The position numbers and the translations under genes were made by a program. Positions 9,882 to 18,585 of a stretch of 64,000 nt of DNA are shown here, in pieces. Within the stretch, counting starts at the first letter, position 1; the number at the start of each line of letters is the position of its first letter. This stretch comes from a virus, in the IMG/VR virus record IMGVR_UViG_3300027608_000013; one strand, given 5' to 3'. The notes under the pieces were generated by a model, which worked only from the letters and a program-made list of their open reading frames with translations, was not told the DNA's origin and made no database searches.

Positions 9882-11501
9882 ATGGCAGAATCGAAAATAC
9901 AAGAACAAACTACTTATAATGGACCAATTCCAACGGTCTTTAAAAAGATTAATGCATCTGATGTAAAAGTTACACCATTTCAAACATATAAATCGTGGTC
10001 AGTTATATCAGGTAGTGCAACTTCTAGTGCTTTACCATTACAAGCAATTTATTCTGATATAAATCATTTACCAGCGTTAGGTTCTAATTTAACATTCAAT
10101 GATGTAAAGAACGTAGATGACTCATTACAAACAATTACATATTTTTCAATTAATCATTTATATTATAAACATAAATTAGATCCAATGAAAACATATGGTC
10201 CTACTAATTTAAACAGGACGCCTAAATTTTTATATCAATCAGCATCTATATTATCATTTCCTCAAGTACGAATTGGCGAAGGGATGAAACCGGCGTCGTT
10301 TACGATGACTGCAAGTTATGTTAGTGGTAGTATATATGGATCTGGATCATACGGAACAGCATCATATTCTACTAATGCACCGTTATATATAAATTCTGAT
10401 AGATATGGTAATTTGTATAATGCTGCATTTAATACAAGTTCAATAATATCCGGTGTTAAATTTTATGAAGGATTTAACGAATATTTTGATTCTTCAAGAA
10501 ATATATATGAAAATGCAGGAATAACATATATACCGGGAGTTTTAGTCACTACTAATTTTCAAGGAAATTATGGTTATGCTGCAAAATTTACTAATGGCTA
10601 TATTAAATCTACTTTAAATGGTTTGTATGACCGAAATAATAATTATGCTATTTCATTTTACATATCAGCATCAAATCTAAATACCGATTCTAAACTCGTA
10701 ATTGCAAAAGCATCTAGTTCATTATCTCCGCAATATCCTTTTAAGATAGAATTAAGTGGCAGTAATGGATTGATATTTTCTGCTGCAGGATCTACATCGT
10801 TTAAAACGCAGATTACATCATCAACTGCAGTAACAAATTGGACTCATGTTGTTTGCCAAAAATCTGGAAGTGTATTACAAATGTATGTTAATGGCATATT
10901 ACATTCATCAGCGTCAAATAATTTATTAATTGATACTAATTCTCCATTTACTGCATCAGCTAGAATTGATAATAAAGATTCAATGTATATTGGAGGATTT
11001 GAATCTGGTTCGAATATTACCGGAGTCTTAGATGAAATACGTATTTTTAATCGAGCATTAACTGCAACGGAAATTGGATATTTAGCAGACAGAACTGAAG
11101 GCGGTTCATTTATGCAAACCAATCATATAGGAAATGTATTTACAAAACAAGGTGTTGCTGTTATTTCTACTCCAGATTATCGATTCAATAATATTTTAAA
11201 TTTACCATATACTGCATCATATCGTAGTACTAAAACAATTTATGAATTAGGCGTTTTAGCAAATGCAGATGCTGGTGATTTTAATATGTCATCCAATATT
11301 TCATTAACCGCAGATGATGATTCCACTTATTATAATTTTGTAACCGGAAGCGCATTTGCACCATATGTTACTACAATTGGATTATATGATAATGCCGGAC
11401 AACTTCTTGCAATAGGTAAATTAGCACAACCAATTCGCAAACGTCCGGATGTGGATATGAATTTTTTAATTAGAATAGATTTAGATAAGAATATATCATG
11501 A
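9882..11501 (+). CDS. LamG/concanavalin-domain virion protein
   Basis: WTHVVCQKSG..LQMYVNG...ITGVLDEIRIFNRALTATEI (LamG); C-terminal YVTTIGLYDNAGQLLAIGKLAQPIRK. Confidence 0.7.
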   Translation: MAESKIQEQTTYNGPIPTVFKKINASDVKVTPFQTYKSWSVISGSATSSALPLQAIYSDINHLPALGSNLTFNDVKNVDDSLQTITYFSINHLYYKHKLDPMKTYGPTNLNRTPKFLYQSASILSFPQVRIGEGMKPASFTMTASYVSGSIYGSGSYGTASYSTNAPLYINSDRYGNLYNAAFNTSSIISGVKFYEGFNEYFDSSRNIYENAGITYIPGVLVTTNFQGNYGYAAKFTNGYIKSTLNGLYDRNNNYAISFYISASNLNTDSKLVIAKASSSLSPQYPFKIELSGSNGLIFSAAGSTSFKTQITSSTAVTNWTHVVCQKSGSVLQMYVNGILHSSASNNLLIDTNSPFTASARIDNKDSMYIGGFESGSNITGVLDEIRIFNRALTATEIGYLADRTEGGSFMQTNHIGNVFTKQGVAVISTPDYRFNNILNLPYTASYRSTKTIYELGVLANADAGDFNMSSNISLTADDDSTYYNFVTGSAFAPYVTTIGLYDNAGQLLAIGKLAQPIRKRPDVDMNFLIRIDLDKNIS

Positions 11502-12043
11502 TACGATTAAAACAACTTTTACGAGAATTATCTGACTCAGAAAAAACTAGATTGTTAGATAAAATAAAAAACAAACAATTCCGGTTAATTGCCGGAGGTG
11601 ATAATGGACGTGTTTATGAAATTGATGGAGAAGACAAAGTTTTCAAAATTACAACAGAACGCGATGAATTTGAAGTTGCTACAATTATTGTAAATCGGTC
11701 AGCTGAATTTACATGTTTTATTCCTGTATATTATGTTAGCGATCGAGAACAAATGTACATAATGGCAAATGCAGAAACATTACCAGATTCAGATCGTATC
11801 AATATTGATTCATTCACGGAACAGTTCAAACAATTTGCTAGATCAGAAGGCGGAGAAGTTTCTATATTTGATTTTTTAGATGCAGATGGCGCCCGTAACG
11901 CAGATGTTAAACTTGTTAATTTTATACGTGCATTGCAACGAGATGTTGAAAAATTAGATATTCCTGAATTTGATTTAGATTTAGATTTTAGTTCATCAAA
12001 CATGATGTTGTGGAATAACAAGCTCGTATTAGTAGATTGGTGA
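11498..12043 (+). CDS. Minimal protein-kinase-like (PKL fold) protein with MIRLKQLLRE leader
   Basis: Gly-rich loop IAGGDNGRVY, Lys in KVFKIT, helix-C Glu, catalytic DxxxxN (DFSSSN), and DFG-like VDW at the very end. Confidence 0.6.
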   Translation: MIRLKQLLRELSDSEKTRLLDKIKNKQFRLIAGGDNGRVYEIDGEDKVFKITTERDEFEVATIIVNRSAEFTCFIPVYYVSDREQMYIMANAETLPDSDRINIDSFTEQFKQFARSEGGEVSIFDFLDADGARNADVKLVNFIRALQRDVEKLDIPEFDLDLDFSSSNMMLWNNKLVLVDW

Positions 12044-12051
12044 TATTTATT
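12043..12051 (+). promoter_or_regulatory. Putative late promoter motif
   Basis: ATATTTATT overlapping a TGA stop. Confidence 0.55.
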
Positions 12052-12069
12052 ATATATAAAGGTTAAAAA

Positions 12070-13797
12070 ATGATCAGTTTAAAAAAACTATTAACAGAAG
12101 ATGTAAATTATATATTAAAAAAATCACCTAATGCTATTATAGCAAAAGCAGCAGATTTAATGGCAGGTATATTTCGTATCAAGTTTAAAGCAACTCGTGA
12201 TGAAGAAACTCCGCCAAATTTTGAACAAGATATCATGTATGTTTTAACCTCTTCAAAAAATACACAATATGGACCCGCATCTAAATATGCAAATGATGAA
12301 TGGTATTATGTGATAGGCGATGATACTAAATCTTCGGAACGTCGTCTAGTTACTGATGTATTACTTTATCCAAAATCAAAATTAGTAAATGTTGATAAAG
12401 GAAAACAAACTTTTGAAAAAATTGACAATTTATTTAAAACACCACCTAAGTCATCCGGAAAAGTTGGTAGTAGTGATGTTATTAAAGCTAGTGATTTTAT
12501 TAAAGCAATTGATCCAATATCAGTACGTAATCCAGAAACATTAGGTACTGGCGAAACGTTAATTAATCAACTTAAAGAAATACTTAATAATACTGTTGCA
12601 GATGCACCTAGTAGTGATGAAAAGATAGTTGTTGTTAAAAAAGATGATATTCTTAAAAAAGATGATGAGAATAAAAAAGATGGTGAGAATAAAAAAGATG
12701 ATATTATTAAAAAAGATGATGAGAATAAAAAAGATGGTGAGATCAATGATTCAGGCCGTACGGTAATCACGTTTAAGACAACTAGAGATCAACACACTGG
12801 CACACAAACGCCTGATGCCGCTGAGTATAATCTTGCAGAAAATTTTTATACTAGCCAAGAACGATTAGATGAAATAAATAATAATCCGGACGGTTTTACT
12901 GCAGAAGCATTTCAACAACTTATTGTTCAACGAGTTTTGCTAGTCCCAGCATATAATGCATTGACAGCAGTGCAAGAATTTAAAAAATTAAAAAATCCAG
13001 CTGATGGGGTATGGGGCAATAAATCAAAAAATGTTATTGCTCAATTAAATGCAGCTTATAATTTCACAGCCGGCGATAGGGTAACAAAAGAATTATTAGA
13101 CAAGTTATTTTCACCATTAAAGACTGAATCTAGATTTTCATTGAAATCGATATTGCTAGAACAAGATTTAACTGGATTTGATCCTACTAGAGTTACATCA
13201 AAAACTCCAGTAACTGTAACAGCTCCTACAAAAAAAGAAGTACCTAAATCAACTACTTCAGCGCCGAAAACAACAACGCCAAAAGTTGCGATATCACCAA
13301 AAAAAGAACCTGCTACTCCGGTAAATACGACAACTGCAGGACAAAAATGGCCGGAATATCCGATTATTAAAGATAAGCCATATCGACGTAATATTGATGA
13401 TGTAGCATATTGGTTTGGTAAAGTACCATTGCAATATGATAATAAACTTAAAGTTTGGTGGTTTACTACTAAAATTAAAATTGTAAGAGGTCCGAATGCT
13501 ATTGACGAAACTGCATCATTGCATCTACGAGATGATGGAACTATACAAGTTATGCTTACTAATGGTTTTTGGTTAATAAAAGGTGTTAATTCGGGTTGGT
13601 CCACCGGTGGACAACGTTTAGCTGCGAAAAATTATTATCCAGCAGAAGTTGCTAAAGTTTATGTATCAAAAGTGGAATCCGGAGCAGCATTATTTATAAC
13701 ATTGAAACAAGCATTACAGAATATTAATGATTATTGGTCTGCTACAACTGAAATATGGGCTACTAGTAATAATGGTGGTTGGGCTGGACTGGAGTAA
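12070..13797 (+). CDS. Hypothetical protein with MISLKKLLTE leader and possible peptidoglycan-binding-like domain
   Basis: ADGVWGNKSKNVIAQL resembles the PG-binding DGxxGxxT motif; K/D/E repeats; P/T-rich linker. Confidence 0.45.
   Translation: MISLKKLLTEDVNYILKKSPNAIIAKAADLMAGIFRIKFKATRDEETPPNFEQDIMYVLTSSKNTQYGPASKYANDEWYYVIGDDTKSSERRLVTDVLLYPKSKLVNVDKGKQTFEKIDNLFKTPPKSSGKVGSSDVIKASDFIKAIDPISVRNPETLGTGETLINQLKEILNNTVADAPSSDEKIVVVKKDDILKKDDENKKDGENKKDDIIKKDDENKKDGEINDSGRTVITFKTTRDQHTGTQTPDAAEYNLAENFYTSQERLDEINNNPDGFTAEAFQQLIVQRVLLVPAYNALTAVQEFKKLKNPADGVWGNKSKNVIAQLNAAYNFTAGDRVTKELLDKLFSPLKTESRFSLKSILLEQDLTGFDPTRVTSKTPVTVTAPTKKEVPKSTTSAPKTTTPKVAISPKKEPATPVNTTTAGQKWPEYPIIKDKPYRRNIDDVAYWFGKVPLQYDNKLKVWWFTTKIKIVRGPNAIDETASLHLRDDGTIQVMLTNGFWLIKGVNSGWSTGGQRLAAKNYYPAEVAKVYVSKVESGAALFITLKQALQNINDYWSATTEIWATSNNGGWAGLE
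12637..12744 (+). repeat. In-frame tandem repeat, 6 x 18 nt (2 x 54 nt)
   Basis: Units start AAAAAAGATG(A/G)T and encode KKDDIL KKDDEN KKDGEN KKDDII KKDDEN KKDGEI. Confidence 0.9.
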
Positions 13798-13816
13798 AAA
13801 TTTAATAAAAAAAGTT

Positions 13817-14299
13817 ATGGCAAAAAATCATTTTCATAGTGCAGGTAATTCAAAACGATCTACGGCACTTAAATACGGTTATAAATCTGGATTAGAACAT
13901 ACAGTAGCGGATTGGATAAAAACTACTCCATATGATTTGAAATATGAAACAGAAATCATACATTATATAGTACCAGAGCGCAAAGCAAAATATACTCCAG
14001 ATTTCGTATTCGTTAAACGCAATGGACAATTCATGTTTATTGAAACAAAAGGACGATGGACTACAGCCGATCGTACTAAAATGAAACATGTATTACAATC
14101 AAATCCTGGAGTTGATATACGAATGGTATTTCAAAATCCAACACAACGTTTATCGAAAACAAGCAAAACTACATATGCTGAATATGCATTAAAATTAGGA
14201 ATTAATCATGTTGCTAAAAAAGATATACCTGAAGAATGGTTAATGGAATGTGTGAAATCCGGCGAATCTCCAATAAATGTTAAACGTTTCTTTGAATAA
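13817..14299 (+). CDS. T7 endonuclease I-like Holliday junction resolvase
   Basis: YKSGLEHTVA...YTPDF...IETKGRWTTADRTKM...DIRMVFQ. Start reassigned to the ATG at 13817, after the upstream stop. Confidence 0.85.
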   Translation: MAKNHFHSAGNSKRSTALKYGYKSGLEHTVADWIKTTPYDLKYETEIIHYIVPERKAKYTPDFVFVKRNGQFMFIETKGRWTTADRTKMKHVLQSNPGVDIRMVFQNPTQRLSKTSKTTYAEYALKLGINHVAKKDIPEEWLMECVKSGESPINVKRFFE

Positions 14300-14301
14300 G
14301 G

Positions 14302-14330
14302 TTGGATTTTAAATTTATTTTTAATATATT
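14302..14330 (+). promoter_or_regulatory. Sigma70-type (early/middle) promoter
   Basis: TTGGAT-N17-TATATT. Confidence 0.65.
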
Positions 14331-14440
14331 CATGATATGTTAATGAAAGTTATTTTATTAATTGATTGAATCTATTTTTAATTGATTCGATCGTTTGATC
14401 AGTAATGCAATGTATGTGTCAAACATATATTAATTATTAA

Positions 14441-14469
14441 TTGGATTACTTACAGAATTTTATTATATT
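14441..14469 (+). promoter_or_regulatory. Sigma70-type (early/middle) promoter of primase operon
   Basis: TTGGAT-N17-TATATT, ending 8 nt before the primase ATG. Confidence 0.7.
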
Positions 14470-14477
14470 ATTAATAT

Positions 14478-15422
14478 ATGAAGAATCATAAATTATTACA
14501 ATTACTGGAATCTGTATTAGGTAAAGGTAAACCTACATCTGGTGGTAATATTACATTCTTCTCTCCATTTACATCACATCACAAACCTAAATTAGAAATA
14601 CGATCTACTCCGGATGAGAATGGCAATTATACTTGGCATTGTTGGATTACTGATAAAAAAGGTAAAAGCATTCATACGTTATTCAAACAATTGAATTTAC
14701 CTAAAGAACGAATTGAACAACTTAATCGTATAATTGAATCAACCCGATACCGAGTAGATACTAAAGAAATCAAAACCAATCAAACAATTCAACTTCCTGC
14801 AGAATATGCTCCATTATGGAATAAAAAAAATACACCTGACTATCGCAACGCAATTCATTACTTAACAAACAGAGGTGTAACGGTTTTTGATATTTTAAAA
14901 TACAGAATAGGTTATTGCGAATCGGGAGAATATTCCAGCAAGATAATTATTCCTAGTTATGATCGCGATGGTCAATTGAATTATTTTGTAAGCAGAGCTT
15001 TTTACAAAGCAGATAAATTTAAACATAAAAATCCAAAAATTTCAAAAGATATAATTGGATTCGAAATGTTAATAAATTGGTCTGAACCAATTGTACTTTG
15101 TGAAGGTTCATTTGATGCAATTGCAGTTAAACGAAATGCAATACCTTTATTTGGTAAAATAATACAACCAGCATTACAAAAGAAAATTATTGAAGAACGC
15201 GTCAAAAACATTTATATATGTTTAGATTCTGATGCTTTAAAAAATGCATTAGCAATTGCAGAAAAATTTATGGCCGAAGGGCTTAATGTTTATTTTGTTG
15301 AATTGCAAGACCAAGATGCATCTGAATTAGGATTCAAAAAAATTACAGAAATTTTAGAAAATACCAACTTACTAACATTTGAACGTGTTATGGAGTTAAG
15401 AATGGGATTGATATGGACATAA
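14478..15422 (+). CDS. DNA primase (DnaG/T4 gp61-like, TOPRIM)
   Basis: IIIPSYDRDGQLNYFVSR; TOPRIM LCEGSFDAI and CLDSDA; degenerate N-terminal zinc ribbon. Confidence 0.85.
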   Translation: MKNHKLLQLLESVLGKGKPTSGGNITFFSPFTSHHKPKLEIRSTPDENGNYTWHCWITDKKGKSIHTLFKQLNLPKERIEQLNRIIESTRYRVDTKEIKTNQTIQLPAEYAPLWNKKNTPDYRNAIHYLTNRGVTVFDILKYRIGYCESGEYSSKIIIPSYDRDGQLNYFVSRAFYKADKFKHKNPKISKDIIGFEMLINWSEPIVLCEGSFDAIAVKRNAIPLFGKIIQPALQKKIIEERVKNIYICLDSDALKNALAIAEKFMAEGLNVYFVELQDQDASELGFKKITEILENTNLLTFERVMELRMGLIWT

Positions 15423-18400
15423 AACACATTGACACCGGAATTGAAATGATTGATAAAATATTTCATATTTCCGACGTACATATTCGTACTTTAAAACGGC
15501 ACGGTGAATACCGACAAGTATTTGAAAATTTATTTAACTACATAGAAACACATTGTACCGGAAATAGTGTAGCAGTTGTTACCGGAGATATTGTTCATAG
15601 CAAACTAGATATGTCTCCAGAACTAGTACAAATGCTAGTTGATTTCTTTAATGGATTCCAAATACCTACCATTGTTATTCTAGGTAATCACGACATGAAT
15701 CTTAATAATATGCACAGGGTTGATGCTATAAGTCCGGTATTAGATGTTATAAGAAATTCAAATATTCATTTCATAAAAGATAACGGACTTTTTGAATTAG
15801 GTGGGATTACGTGGAATCATATGGCTGTTGATAAAACTCCCGCTGATTACATACGAGCTAATCAATTTGATGCATCATATAAAATTGCATTGCATCACGG
15901 AGCAGTTAATACTGCCAAAACGGATATTGGATATCAAATTTCAAACGAACATGTTACAACAGAATTGTTTACAGGTCATGACATTACATTGTTAGGTGAT
16001 ATTCATAAACCAGCACAATTTTTAGATACTAAACAAACAATTGCATATCCAGGTTCATTGATTCAACAAAATCATGGAGAAGCATTAGACCATGGTATTT
16101 TAATTTGGGATGTTGCAACTCGTAGTGCCGAATTTGCTCAAATTGAAAATGATTATGGTTATGTAACTTTAGAAACTCAAGGAGAAACAATTGTTTCGCA
16201 TCCACATCGTATGCCAAACAAACCTCGTATTAGAATCAAATTTAATGGTACTAGTGCAGCTGGGATGAAAAAACTTATTGCAACAATTCGTAAAAAATAC
16301 AATGTACAAGACATAACAATTCAACGTACAATTGATCATGCAACAAATTCAGCATCATCTAGTTTAGCAATAGGCAATGTACGCGACGTTGAATATCAAA
16401 ATACATTGTTATCAGATTATATTGATTCTAACTTTCCTCAAGCAACTGCAGAAGAAGTTGATGCAATTCGCCATATTAATCGAACAATTAACTCAAAACT
16501 TCCTGCAGTTGAATCTATACGACATACAACATGGCATCCTATCTCATTTGAATTCGATAACATGTTTTCATATGGCGAAGGAAATGTATTAAATTTTAAT
16601 AATCTGACAGATGTATGCGGATTATTTGCAGCAAATGCTAGCGGCAAATCTAGTTTGCTAGATGCAATAACATATACTATATTTGATAAGTGTAGCAAGA
16701 CCGGAAAAGCAAATGAAGTTTTAAATAATAAAAAAACCTGGTTCCGCGGTGTATTTCGTTTTGAAATGAATGGTATTACTTATACAATTGAACGACAAGG
16801 TACTCAAAATAAAAAGAAAGAATCACACGTTAAGGTTGATGTAGAATTTTATACTGATTTAGAAAATTTAAACGGCGAAGAGCGAAGTGAAACAAATAAA
16901 AACATACGTCGCTATTTAGGAACATATGATGATTTTATTTTAACTGCATTTTCACTTCAAGCAGATAATAATAATTTTATTGAAAAATCTCAAAAAGAAC
17001 GTAAAGATTTACTTTCACAATTTTTAGATATTACGGTATTTGAACAACTATATCAACTTGCAGCAGACGAAATAAAAGAAACGGCGGGTCGTTTAAAAGA
17101 TTATAAGAAAACGGATTTTGCTGAAATAATTGTTAGTGCTGATACTATTATTTATGAAAATCAAGATACAATTACTGCATTAGAAACTCAAGAAGATACA
17201 ATGCAAGATGAACGCAATACGTTGCAAGAACAAATTGTTACATTGATTGAAACTAAAATGCCAACAACATATACGGGTCCAGATATCAATGAATTGATTC
17301 AGCAAGAAAATACTTTGATCAATCATGTTGAATCAATTCAAACTGATATTGAAACGGCTGAACAAGATCTGGAAATATTGATTGCAGAAATAGAGACACT
17401 AAAACAACAACTAAAAGAATTTGATATTACGGCAATTTCAGAACAAACAACTCTATATAATGCTAAAGAACATTCACTTAACATACATTTACAAAAATTA
17501 CGTCAACAACAGGAAATAGTCAATGCAAAACAAGAAAAAATTAATCACCTTGCCGACCATAAGTATGATCCGCAGTGTGAATACTGTACATCTAACGTTT
17601 TCGTACAAAATGCAATCGAAGCTCAAAATACAATTGACCAAGATAGAAACGTATTAGATGATATAAACCAAAAAATTATATTATTAAATAATGAAATAGA
17701 AACATTGAAACCAGTATTTGACCAAGCTAACCAAGTTACTGCTTTACAAAATACTATTACAACAAACCAAATTACAGTAGAACGCAATGAGTTACAACTT
17801 CAATTATTAGAAAGCGAATTGCAAACTCGCGAATCTGAGTTAGAAACAACTACGGAACGTCAAGACTCATTTCGACAAAATGAAACAGCAATCAAACATA
17901 ATTTGATTATAGACAAACAAATTGAAACTTGTAAAAAAACTATAACGGCATTGTCTGATCAAATAAAAACAATTCAAAATCAAATTAAAAATAATTACGG
18001 GGCAATTGAAGTAGCAAAAACAAAAAAAGCCGCAGCTATGCAACAATTGGATCGATATCAACAACTTGAAACTGAATACAAAGCATATGGTTATTATTTA
18101 GAATCAGTTAAACGTGATGGTATTCCGTATGAAGTAATTACTAAAGCTCTTCCTAAAATAGAAGCAGAAATAAACAATGTACTCAATCAAATAGTTGAAT
18201 TTAACATGGTAATGAATACCGATGGTAAAAATATTAATGGTTATATTATTTATGATGAAGAAAATTATTGGCCATTAGAATTAACATCGGGAATGGAACG
18301 TTTTATTTCTAGCTTAGCAATTCGCATAGCACTTATCAATGTATCCGCTTTGCCTCGTCCTAATTTCATTGCAATCGATGAGGGATGGGGAAGTTTAGAT

Positions 18401-18559
18401 TCAGAACATATTTCTTCTGTAGTAAATCTATTTGATTATTTTCGAACTAAATTTGATTTTTCAATTATTATTTCACACGTTGATTCAATGCGAGATATGG
18501 TAGACAATTTAATTGAAGTAAATAAAATTCAAGGATATAGCAAGATTAATCATGTTTGA
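15413..18559 (+). CDS. Fused Mre11/SbcD (gp47) nuclease and Rad50/SbcC (gp46) ATPase
   Basis: Phosphoesterase motifs SDVH, TGD, GNHD, HHG, GDIH; Walker A AANASGKSS; coiled coil with CEYC hook; signature TSGMERF; Walker B IAIDEG; H-loop ISH. Confidence 0.9.
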   Translation: MDIKHIDTGIEMIDKIFHISDVHIRTLKRHGEYRQVFENLFNYIETHCTGNSVAVVTGDIVHSKLDMSPELVQMLVDFFNGFQIPTIVILGNHDMNLNNMHRVDAISPVLDVIRNSNIHFIKDNGLFELGGITWNHMAVDKTPADYIRANQFDASYKIALHHGAVNTAKTDIGYQISNEHVTTELFTGHDITLLGDIHKPAQFLDTKQTIAYPGSLIQQNHGEALDHGILIWDVATRSAEFAQIENDYGYVTLETQGETIVSHPHRMPNKPRIRIKFNGTSAAGMKKLIATIRKKYNVQDITIQRTIDHATNSASSSLAIGNVRDVEYQNTLLSDYIDSNFPQATAEEVDAIRHINRTINSKLPAVESIRHTTWHPISFEFDNMFSYGEGNVLNFNNLTDVCGLFAANASGKSSLLDAITYTIFDKCSKTGKANEVLNNKKTWFRGVFRFEMNGITYTIERQGTQNKKKESHVKVDVEFYTDLENLNGEERSETNKNIRRYLGTYDDFILTAFSLQADNNNFIEKSQKERKDLLSQFLDITVFEQLYQLAADEIKETAGRLKDYKKTDFAEIIVSADTIIYENQDTITALETQEDTMQDERNTLQEQIVTLIETKMPTTYTGPDINELIQQENTLINHVESIQTDIETAEQDLEILIAEIETLKQQLKEFDITAISEQTTLYNAKEHSLNIHLQKLRQQQEIVNAKQEKINHLADHKYDPQCEYCTSNVFVQNAIEAQNTIDQDRNVLDDINQKIILLNNEIETLKPVFDQANQVTALQNTITTNQITVERNELQLQLLESELQTRESELETTTERQDSFRQNETAIKHNLIIDKQIETCKKTITALSDQIKTIQNQIKNNYGAIEVAKTKKAAAMQQLDRYQQLETEYKAYGYYLESVKRDGIPYEVITKALPKIEAEINNVLNQIVEFNMVMNTDGKNINGYIIYDEENYWPLELTSGMERFISSLAIRIALINVSALPRPNFIAIDEGWGSLDSEHISSVVNLFDYFRTKFDFSIIISHVDSMRDMVDNLIEVNKIQGYSKINHV

Positions 18560-18567
18560 TATTTATA
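18559..18567 (+). promoter_or_regulatory. Putative late promoter motif
   Basis: ATATTTATA overlapping a TGA stop. Confidence 0.6.
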
Positions 18568-18585
18568 TAAAAGATATTAAACTCA

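Noticed and set aside
12637-12744. Tandem repeats as a CRISPR array
   Set aside because: The units are 18 nt, in frame within a CDS, and have no unique spacers.
13727-13816. ORF-track starts at 13727, 25144, 31576, 36197, 47119 and 59158
   Set aside because: They overlap upstream genes or terminators; downstream ATGs fit the spacing, regulatory motifs or paralog alignment better.
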